NCBI GenBank assembly: GCA_963748365.1
Contig: CAVVJG010000032.1
Location: 333,717-397,716 of the forward strand
DNA length: 64,000 nt
Reading direction: 5' to 3'
Source: Candidatus Acidiferrales bacterium
GTDB taxonomy: Bacteria > Acidobacteriota > Terriglobia > Acidiferrales > UBA7541
The notes below the pieces were generated by a model that searched no databases, was not told the origin of the DNA, and worked only from the letters and a program-made list of their open reading frames with translations. A program made the position numbers and the translations under genes. Position 1 is the first letter of the stretch, and every line of letters starts with the position of its first letter. Positions 56,847 to 64,000 of this stretch are shown one piece after another.

Positions 56847-58607
56847 ATGAGAAAAACTCAAAAAATCGTGGCCGTCGTCATTTTCGTCCTGGTGGGGTTT
56901 ACTGCCTACGGAACCTGGAAGACTCGGGAGGTAGCGCCCCCAGAGAACGGCAACGGACGACCGACCGGTCGACCCATTGTGCCACTGCGGTCGTTGAAAA
57001 CGGCGCAACAGCTGGCGCAAGGCGCGACAACGCGCGAAGAGCGCACTCTGGCACAGGAAGCGCTTCGGCTTGCCGACTATGACGCGGATTTGGCGTTTGA
57101 TGAGGCCATACGCGATGCGCGCTTACATCCTCCACCTCTCTCACCGGAAGCCAACGCCAGCAAGACACGGAAGGACAAGGCCGAGAGGGTCCTGGAGGCC
57201 GCCCAGGAACGCGCGAAACAGTTAGCGGAAGAATTGGTAAAGGTGCCTGTCGATAAGCAGTCAAAGGTCGAGTCGGAGCTCATCCAGGCAGAGGCCGACA
57301 TCGACCTAGCTCAGGACGAAGTGCAGGACGCGGATCACGATTTGCAACTGGCGGGTGGCGACCCGGTAGAGCGACTCGCGGCGATGAAGAAGCTACACGA
57401 AGACGCCGCGAAAAATACAGAATCCGCGATTCCGCCGGAACAAGTGGCCATAGAGAAACCTGGACTGATCCACCGTGTGGCGCGGTGGTGGAGCCTGCAC
57501 CAGAAACAGATGAATTTGTGGCAGGCGAAGACGCAGACGGAGACGGCCGAGGCGAGACTGACAGCCAGGCACAACGCGCTGGATGCGCAGATTGAGGCGG
57601 AAAAGGCAAAAAGCCTGACAGATCCGAAAGAGCTGCTAAAGAGAACGGAAACTCTGGCAACTGACCAAAAAACGGTCATGTCTTACGACAAGCGGATTGG
57701 CACGAAGAAAGAACTGGCGGTAGTGTACGCACAGTGGATTGAGTTGGTGGCAGGCAACCAGCGGACTGTGGTGCACAGGGCGTTGCAGGAATTCGCGATT
57801 ATTCTGGGGATTGCACTAATCGCGGTGTTTTTCAGTTCGTGGATGGACTCGCTGGTACGAAAAGTCCCGATGGACCGGCGCCAGGTGGAGTCTTTGCGCA
57901 CCGTTGCCCGCGTGGCATCGCAGATTCTCGCTCTCTCTTTAATCTTACTTGTGCTGTTTGGTCCGCCGAGCCAACTGGGGACCATCCTTGGGCTCGCGGG
58001 CGCAGGGCTCACCGTGGCGCTGAAAGATTTCATCGTGAGTTTTGTGGGCTGGTTCGTTTTGATGGGCAAAAACGGAATTCGTCTGGCCGACTGGGTGGAA
58101 ATCAATGGCGTGACCGGCGAAGTCGTGCAGATAGGACCCTTCCACACTGTGCTGCTGGAGACTGGGAACTGGACCGATTCCGGACATCCAACAGGACGGC
58201 GCGTCACATTCACCAATAGTTATGCGATCGAAGGGCACTACTTTAATTTTTCAACAACGGGGCAATGGCTGTGGGATGAACTACAGGTGGTTCTGCCTTC
58301 GGGACGCGATCCATATCCCATGGTAGAAGCAATTCACGCAAAAGTCCGGGAAGCCACACAGGAGAGCGTGAAACAGGCCGAACAAGAATGGCGAGCGGCC
58401 ACGCATTCGAAAGAGATGTCTGGATTTTCTGCGGAACCAGCCATTAGCGTGAAGCCCGTGCCCGCCGGAGTGGAGTTGGGCGTGCGATATGTAACACGCG
58501 CGAACGAACGGTACTTGCTGCGCACCAAATTATATCAAGCGGCGATTGAAGTGCTTGGCAGCAAGATTGCGTCGAGCAATCCGGCACCAGTCGCGAAAAA
58601 TTCCTAG
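56847..58607 (+). CDS. Mechanosensitive channel MscS family protein with long N-terminal coiled-coil region
   Basis: GLAGAGLTVALKDFIVSFVGW, IRLADWVEINGVTGEV, FTNS; N-terminal anchor plus about 270 helical residues. Confidence 0.88.
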   Translation: MRKTQKIVAVVIFVLVGFTAYGTWKTREVAPPENGNGRPTGRPIVPLRSLKTAQQLAQGATTREERTLAQEALRLADYDADLAFDEAIRDARLHPPPLSPEANASKTRKDKAERVLEAAQERAKQLAEELVKVPVDKQSKVESELIQAEADIDLAQDEVQDADHDLQLAGGDPVERLAAMKKLHEDAAKNTESAIPPEQVAIEKPGLIHRVARWWSLHQKQMNLWQAKTQTETAEARLTARHNALDAQIEAEKAKSLTDPKELLKRTETLATDQKTVMSYDKRIGTKKELAVVYAQWIELVAGNQRTVVHRALQEFAIILGIALIAVFFSSWMDSLVRKVPMDRRQVESLRTVARVASQILALSLILLVLFGPPSQLGTILGLAGAGLTVALKDFIVSFVGWFVLMGKNGIRLADWVEINGVTGEVVQIGPFHTVLLETGNWTDSGHPTGRRVTFTNSYAIEGHYFNFSTTGQWLWDELQVVLPSGRDPYPMVEAIHAKVREATQESVKQAEQEWRAATHSKEMSGFSAEPAISVKPVPAGVELGVRYVTRANERYLLRTKLYQAAIEVLGSKIASSNPAPVAKNS

Positions 58608-58610
58608 GCC

Positions 58611-59930
58611 TTACACCGATTCCATAAGCAGACGCCGGGCGCGCATCGCGGTTAGCGTGGCACCGGTGTACATCGTGGCCAACAAGAAAAACCCAGTGGC
58701 GATGCTGAAGCGTTGCGCAATCCATCCGAGCGAAAAACTCATCGCCAATTGCAGGATGGTGGCAAAAATGGCGAACGCGGATTGCGTGCGGCCCATGAAA
58801 TGGCGCGGAACGATGGACATCAAGGCGGATTGCGCCACGATACCACCCAGCGCCCGGAAAAAGCCGAAGCACCCTTGCAGCAATGCCGCGCCAAACAAAA
58901 ATGCTACGAACGGCACGGCCATGTGGCCCAGCGCCAGTCCTGCCATTGCTGCAACGTAAAGCGGCAAGCGAATTCTCTGCGGCAACTGGCTGGTGATGAA
59001 CCCACCGGTGATGGCGCCGATGGCCCAGCCGGCTTCGATGAATCCGAATCCGCGTGCGCCGGAGTGGAGGATGTCGTTAGCGAGCGCGACGATCACGATG
59101 TTGGAGCTGACGATGCTGGCCATCAGGATCGCGTGTGTGACGCCCAGCGCTAGAACCACGGGTTGTTGGCGCAGATAGCCGAAGCCTTCCTTCATGTCCG
59201 CGTAAATTGCGAGCGATAGGCCAGCCTCGGCCACTTCAGGATTTTCGCCACTTTCAAGGGCCTGCACGGTGCCCTGCGTGGATTCGGAATATTCGCGCGG
59301 AAAACTTTTGTGATCGCGCGGCGAGACGTAGCCCTTGCGCAGCAGGAACAGGCAGTAAGAAGAAACGAAGTAAGTCAGACCGTCGATGAACAGAATGCCC
59401 GCAATGCCGACGTGATCGTAGATGAAGCCGACCAACGTGCCGGCCAGGAGCATGCCGCTCTGCACGCCGACGAGTACCGAGGCGTTGGCGCCGGTGAACT
59501 GGCTGGGCGGGACAACTTCCTGTACCAGCGCGTTCACGTTGGCCCAGTAGACGGCCGAGCCGGTGCCAGTTACCAGCGTCATCAGGTAGAGATGCCATAT
59601 CTGCAGGTGACCGTGCCACGCGATGTAGGCGGTGGCGAGAACGGCGAAACCGCGCGCGAGGTCGAGGAGTACTCCCAGGTAGCGGCGATCGATACGATCG
59701 ATGAGCACGCCACCGATAAAAGGAATCACCAGGCCGGGAAGCGTGACGACAATGACCTGCCAGCTGACCGCCACTGTGGAGTGCGTCGCCGACATGATGT
59801 ACCAGCTCACACCGATGAAGTTCATCCCGCTGCCGAAGAGCGAGACAAACATTGCGGTGAAGAAAAAGCGGAAGGCGCGCTGCTCCCAGAGCAGTTTCCA
59901 GTCGACACGTTGGGCGACAGCGGTGGCCAT
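58611..59930 (-). CDS. MFS transporter (DHA3/EntS-like)
   Basis: About 12 TM segments, GGVLIDRIDRR motif A, VPRHFMGRTQS. Confidence 0.9.
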   Translation of the reverse strand: MATAVAQRVDWKLLWEQRAFRFFFTAMFVSLFGSGMNFIGVSWYIMSATHSTVAVSWQVIVVTLPGLVIPFIGGVLIDRIDRRYLGVLLDLARGFAVLATAYIAWHGHLQIWHLYLMTLVTGTGSAVYWANVNALVQEVVPPSQFTGANASVLVGVQSGMLLAGTLVGFIYDHVGIAGILFIDGLTYFVSSYCLFLLRKGYVSPRDHKSFPREYSESTQGTVQALESGENPEVAEAGLSLAIYADMKEGFGYLRQQPVVLALGVTHAILMASIVSSNIVIVALANDILHSGARGFGFIEAGWAIGAITGGFITSQLPQRIRLPLYVAAMAGLALGHMAVPFVAFLFGAALLQGCFGFFRALGGIVAQSALMSIVPRHFMGRTQSAFAIFATILQLAMSFSLGWIAQRFSIATGFFLLATMYTGATLTAMRARRLLMESV

Positions 59931-60011
59931 GGGACCCTCTAGATTACTATCGCGATGCCAAAATCCTTACTAAAGATGCGGCTTCGACGAAGCGAACGTA
60001 TCATAGGGACG

Positions 60012-60980
60012 ATGGGTGAACTTCTCAGTGTCTACGGACTGACGGTGGAATTGCCAACGCCAATGGGATGGGTGCGTCCGGTGAATGAGGTGTCACTGCG
60101 GATTGGAAAGGGCGAATCGCTGGGGCTGGTGGGCGAATCGGGCAGCGGGAAGACGATGCTATCGCTGGCGCTCATGGGATTGCTTCCTACGGGCGCGCGG
60201 GTAAGCGGCGAGGCGATGTTGGGCGGTGGGGATGCTCCTGCTAAGAATCTGGTGAAGTTGCAGGCGGTCGAGTGGCGTGGCGTGCGGGGCGGCGAGATTG
60301 CGATGGTGTTTCAGGAGCCGATGACTTCGCTGAATCCGGTGATGCGCATCGGGGCGCAGATTGAAGAAGCCATTCGTGCGCATGAACCGCAGATTCAAGG
60401 CATCGTTTTGCAGAGGCGGCTGATGAGTGCGCTGGAACATGCGTCGGTGCCGGAGCCGGAAGTTCGCGCGCGACAATTTCCGCATCAATTGTCGGGTGGC
60501 TTGCGGCAGCGCGCCATGATAGCCATGGCGCTGGCAGGTCGGCCAAAACTTTTGATTGCCGACGAGCCGACCACGGCGCTCGATGTAACCGTGCAGCAGC
60601 AAATTCTGGAATTGCTGGACAGGCTGCGGCGCGAAATGGAATTGGGACTACTCTTCATTACGCACGATTTGGGTGTGGTGGCGAAAGTGGCGGACCGCAT
60701 CGCGGTGATCTACGCCGGGCGAATCATTGAGGAAGGCGCCACCGCAGATGTACTCACTTCGCCGAAGCATCCGTACACGCAGGGATTGCTGGCGGCTTCG
60801 CCGACGTTATTGCGCGGAAAGTTGACGCCTATCCCTGGGACCGTGCCGCAGTTGACAGCGCTGCCACCAGGCTGTTCGTTCGCGCCGCGGTGCAAATTTC
60901 GCCGCGCGGGCTGCGAACCTGCGGTACCAGAATTCCGAAGCGCAGGCGAAGGACACTCCGCCAGATGCGTGCTGCTATGA
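60012..60980 (+). CDS. Oligopeptide/dipeptide ABC transporter ATP-binding protein (DppD/OppD-like)
   Basis: GESGSGKT, FQEPMTSLNP, FPHQLSGGLRQR, ADEPTTALD, HPYTQGLL, C-terminal Cys motif; alternative start at 59955. Confidence 0.93.
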   Translation: MGELLSVYGLTVELPTPMGWVRPVNEVSLRIGKGESLGLVGESGSGKTMLSLALMGLLPTGARVSGEAMLGGGDAPAKNLVKLQAVEWRGVRGGEIAMVFQEPMTSLNPVMRIGAQIEEAIRAHEPQIQGIVLQRRLMSALEHASVPEPEVRARQFPHQLSGGLRQRAMIAMALAGRPKLLIADEPTTALDVTVQQQILELLDRLRREMELGLLFITHDLGVVAKVADRIAVIYAGRIIEEGATADVLTSPKHPYTQGLLAASPTLLRGKLTPIPGTVPQLTALPPGCSFAPRCKFRRAGCEPAVPEFRSAGEGHSARCVLL

Positions 60981-61801
60981 CCGAAGCATTGGTGCATTTT
61001 CTGGAAGTCCGCAATTTGCGCAAGACGTTTCCGCGCGCGGGCGGAGCATTTGGCTCGACCCGCAAAGCCGAAATGTTCACTGCCGTCGAGGACGTGAGTT
61101 TCTACGTGGCACAAGGCGAAACGTTTGCCATTGTGGGCGAGAGCGGTTGCGGCAAGACCACCCTGGCGCGCATGCTGTTGCGACTGATTGAGCCGGATTT
61201 CGGCAAAATTCTTCTGGAAGGGCGCGACCTGCTGGGGTTGGCGGCGGAAGAACTGCGCGCCGCGCGCCGCCAGATGCAGATGATTTTCCAGGACCCGTAT
61301 GCGTCGCTAAACCCAAGGATGCGCGTGGGTGACATCGTGGCAGAACCGCTGTGTATCCACGAACCGACGTTGACCATGCGGCAACGCATCGAAAAAGCTG
61401 CGGAGATTTTGCGCCGTGTGGGGTTGTCCGAGGATGCGGTGAAGAAATATCCGCACGAATTTTCTGGCGGGCAGCGTCAGCGCATAGGTATTGCGCGCGC
61501 GCTGATCCTGCGGCCGAAGCTGATTGTGGCGGATGAGCCGGTGTCAGCCCTGGACGTATCGGTCGGGGCGCAGGTGCTGCTGCTGTTGCAGGAGTTGCAG
61601 CGGGAATTCAATCTCACCTATATCTTTATCTCGCACAGTCTTCCCGTAGTGGCGCAAATCGCTACTCATATCGCGGTGATGCGCGGCGGGAATTTGGTGG
61701 AGTTTGGCCCGGCGGAGTTGATCCTGACGGACCCAACGGCGGCTTACACACGGGAGCTGATTGCGGCGGTACCGGTGATTCCCTCTAGCGGAAACGTGTG
61801 A
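60977..61801 (+). CDS. Oligopeptide/dipeptide ABC transporter ATP-binding protein (DppF/OppF-like)
   Basis: GESGCGKTT, FQDPYASLNP, YPHEFSGGQRQR, DEPVSALD; ATGA overlap with the previous gene. Confidence 0.93.
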   Translation: MTEALVHFLEVRNLRKTFPRAGGAFGSTRKAEMFTAVEDVSFYVAQGETFAIVGESGCGKTTLARMLLRLIEPDFGKILLEGRDLLGLAAEELRAARRQMQMIFQDPYASLNPRMRVGDIVAEPLCIHEPTLTMRQRIEKAAEILRRVGLSEDAVKKYPHEFSGGQRQRIGIARALILRPKLIVADEPVSALDVSVGAQVLLLLQELQREFNLTYIFISHSLPVVAQIATHIAVMRGGNLVEFGPAELILTDPTAAYTRELIAAVPVIPSSGNV

Positions 61802-61873
61802 TATTTTCCTGCCAGGCTTAGCGTAGTATCTCTAGCAATCGTTCTCGAATCTTCTGTGGTGGAGGACTCTTCG

Positions 61874-62623
61874 ATGGCATCCATTCCCGCGCCTGTGGCC
61901 GAGCCACAGGCTTCTATTTCTCCATTTGGCCGGATCGTGGGGGTATTCTTCTCCCCGAAAGCGACGTTTGAAGACATTGTGCGAAAGCCAAGTTGGATTC
62001 TACCCATGGCTTTGATGCTGATTTTTGGACTTATCGCCGTGATCGCACTGAATAGCCACTTCAGTTGGCGCGACTACATCACGCAACAGATCGAAAAGAA
62101 TCCGCGGGCAGCACAGATGACGCCGGAGCAAAAGCAACAGCAAGTCGATATGAGTGTCAAATACTCGCCCACCATTGCCTACGTGTTTGGGCTGGTGATT
62201 CCGATTGTGGGCGTGTTGGTCATCGCGTTGGTATTCATGGGGGCTTACAACGTAATGGCTGGCGCGGGAGCCAGTTACAAAGCGTCCATGGCGATCGTTG
62301 CGCACGCGCTGGTTCCCGCAGCCATCGTCGGGTCGATTCTGTTTGTCACTGTGCTGTTCCTGAAACCTGTGGGGATGTTCGACCTCGACAATCCCGTGGC
62401 TACAAATCTGGCGGCATTTCTTCCCGATGACGCCGCGAAATGGCTGGTGGCTTTGGGCAAGAATATAGATTTGCTGGAATTCTGGAAGCTGTTCCTGATA
62501 GCGGTGGGTTTCGCGGCGGTCAATCCCAAGAAACTGAAGGGCGGCAAGTCCTTCACCATAGCGATTTCCGTTTTCCTTATATACGTGGTCTGTCGCGTGG
62601 GAATCGCGTTCATCATCTCCTGA
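61874..62623 (+). CDS. Yip1-domain membrane protein
   Basis: RIVGVFFSPKATFEDI start typical of Yip1; five TM segments; GGAGGA RBS. Confidence 0.8.
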   Translation: MASIPAPVAEPQASISPFGRIVGVFFSPKATFEDIVRKPSWILPMALMLIFGLIAVIALNSHFSWRDYITQQIEKNPRAAQMTPEQKQQQVDMSVKYSPTIAYVFGLVIPIVGVLVIALVFMGAYNVMAGAGASYKASMAIVAHALVPAAIVGSILFVTVLFLKPVGMFDLDNPVATNLAAFLPDDAAKWLVALGKNIDLLEFWKLFLIAVGFAAVNPKKLKGGKSFTIAISVFLIYVVCRVGIAFIIS

Positions 62624-62635
62624 TACACTTGAGGA

Positions 62636-63772
62636 GTGAGTTTTTCCTTCGAAGTTTTAAAAAGTGATCCGGCGGGTGGGCGCTGCGGACGGCTGATTAC
62701 ACCTCACGGAATCATCGAGACGCCGGTATTCATGCCGGTGGGGACCGCGGCTACGGTCAAGGCTCTTACGCAAGACGCGCTGGAGACGCTTGGCGCGCGC
62801 ATCATCCTCGCCAACACATATCATCTCTATTTGCGACCGGGCCGCCAATTAATCCGCAAGCTTGGCGGACTGCATTCCTTCATGTCGTGGAATGGCGCCA
62901 TTTTGACGGATTCCGGCGGCTACCAGGTATTCAGCCTTTCCGATCTCCGAAAGATCACCGACGAAGGCGTGCGCTTCCGTTCGCATCTTGATGGTTCAGA
63001 ACATCTGTTGACTCCGGAGAAAGCCGCGGAGATTCAACTGGCCCTTGGCTCGGACATCGCCATGGTGCTCGACGAGTGCATTGAGACGCCGGCGCCGCGA
63101 AATATTGCTGAAGCCGCGCTGAAGCGCACTACGCACTGGGCGCAACGCGCGAGAAGCTATTTTCTGGAGCAAGAAAGGCAGAACGGCGACCTGCGGCAAT
63201 GGCAATTTGGAATTGTGCAGGGAGCGACGTTCGCAGAGCTGCGTCACGAAAGCGCTCAACAATTATTGGCGCTCGATTTTCCCGGCTACGCGGTCGGTGG
63301 ACTGGCCGTTGGCGAGCCGCACGATGTGACCTGCGAAATGGCCGGGGAAGTTACCGCGTTACTGCCGCAAGACCGTCCACGATATTTGATGGGCGTGGGC
63401 CGTCCCGAGCAGTTGGCGGATTACGTGCGCTTGGGAATCGATATGATGGATAGTGTGTTGCCAACGCGAGCCGCTCGTCACGCGTGTGTGTACACCAGCG
63501 AAGGGCGCGTGCTGATTAAGAACGCGCGTTATGTGGAAGACCGGCGCCCCCTTGATCCCAATTGCAGTTGTTCGGTGTGCCGCCGCTACACGCGCGCGTA
63601 TCTTCGGCATCTGTTCGCCGCGGGAGAAATCACTGCGGCGATCCTGGCGACCCATCATAATGTCCACTTCTACCTTGACATCATGCGCCAAATCAGAGAG
63701 GCTATCAGTTTTGGACAACTCGAAAAATTCGCGTCTGAGCTGCGTGCGCGGTACAATACCGGTCCAGAGTGA
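62636..63772 (+). CDS. tgt: tRNA-guanine transglycosylase
   Basis: TPVFMPVGT, ANTYHL, LTDSGGYQVFSL, FGIVQG, GGLAVGE, RYLMGVG, CSCSVC zinc site, HN. Confidence 0.97.
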   Translation: MSFSFEVLKSDPAGGRCGRLITPHGIIETPVFMPVGTAATVKALTQDALETLGARIILANTYHLYLRPGRQLIRKLGGLHSFMSWNGAILTDSGGYQVFSLSDLRKITDEGVRFRSHLDGSEHLLTPEKAAEIQLALGSDIAMVLDECIETPAPRNIAEAALKRTTHWAQRARSYFLEQERQNGDLRQWQFGIVQGATFAELRHESAQQLLALDFPGYAVGGLAVGEPHDVTCEMAGEVTALLPQDRPRYLMGVGRPEQLADYVRLGIDMMDSVLPTRAARHACVYTSEGRVLIKNARYVEDRRPLDPNCSCSVCRRYTRAYLRHLFAAGEITAAILATHHNVHFYLDIMRQIREAISFGQLEKFASELRARYNTGPE

Positions 63773-64000
63773 AATAACATTTCGGGTCAGGCCGACGCGG
63801 TAGAAAAGCGCAGTCTCCCCGCACTGGGTCGAATCTCAGGACGAGAATCGAGCGGGCAGGATTAGCGGAAACTTTTCCGCTGGTGTAAAGTCATTTCCAG
63901 CTCCGGAAACGACAAGATTTTCTAGTAGGCAGTTCTAACTGGCAGTTGGATGTGGCAGTTTGTGGAAAGGGTACGGTAAGAAAGAACGAACATGACTTTT

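Noticed and set aside
63992-64000. Possible start of yajC after tgt
   Set aside because: Only three codons are inside the window.

Overview
Chromosomal core-genome segment, moderately GC-rich. Gene content and protein style (Oar-like TonB-dependent receptors, wHTH-TPR regulator, stand-alone MglA, SYLF protein) point to an Acidobacteriota genome; this is inferred, not database-checked. About 50 CDSs are supported: amtB (partial), nfi, STAS protein, RelE/ParE toxin-antitoxin pair, mglA, yvcK, M48 protease, two TonB-dependent receptors, a PilZ-like/TonB fusion, gdhA, class II aldolase, ruvA-ruvB, murJ-folK, an SPL-like radical SAM gene, a TetR-HlyD-ABC module, dacB-LOG-mutS2-dnaG-rpoD, mscS, MFS, oppD/F, Yip1 and tgt. 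I saw no rRNA, tRNA, CRISPR array, integrase or transposase. Most notable structure beyond the gene list: (1) two small integrase-free cassettes bounded by direct repeats that duplicate host gene 3' ends (18 bp of mglA around the TA pair; about 110 bp of a convergent GNAT/terminator/receptor junction around a regulator plus secreted protein); (2) a shared promoter layout, TTGACA-N17-AATACT enclosing a GAAC-N7-G(AA) LexA-like box, at ruvA and the radical SAM gene; (3) an aldolase with a microcompartment encapsulation-peptide-like tail but no shell genes nearby; (4) a degenerate-PilZ/TM/TonB-C protein, an orphan MglA and a pseudo-receiver that may be parts of an uncharacterised polarity or envelope system.
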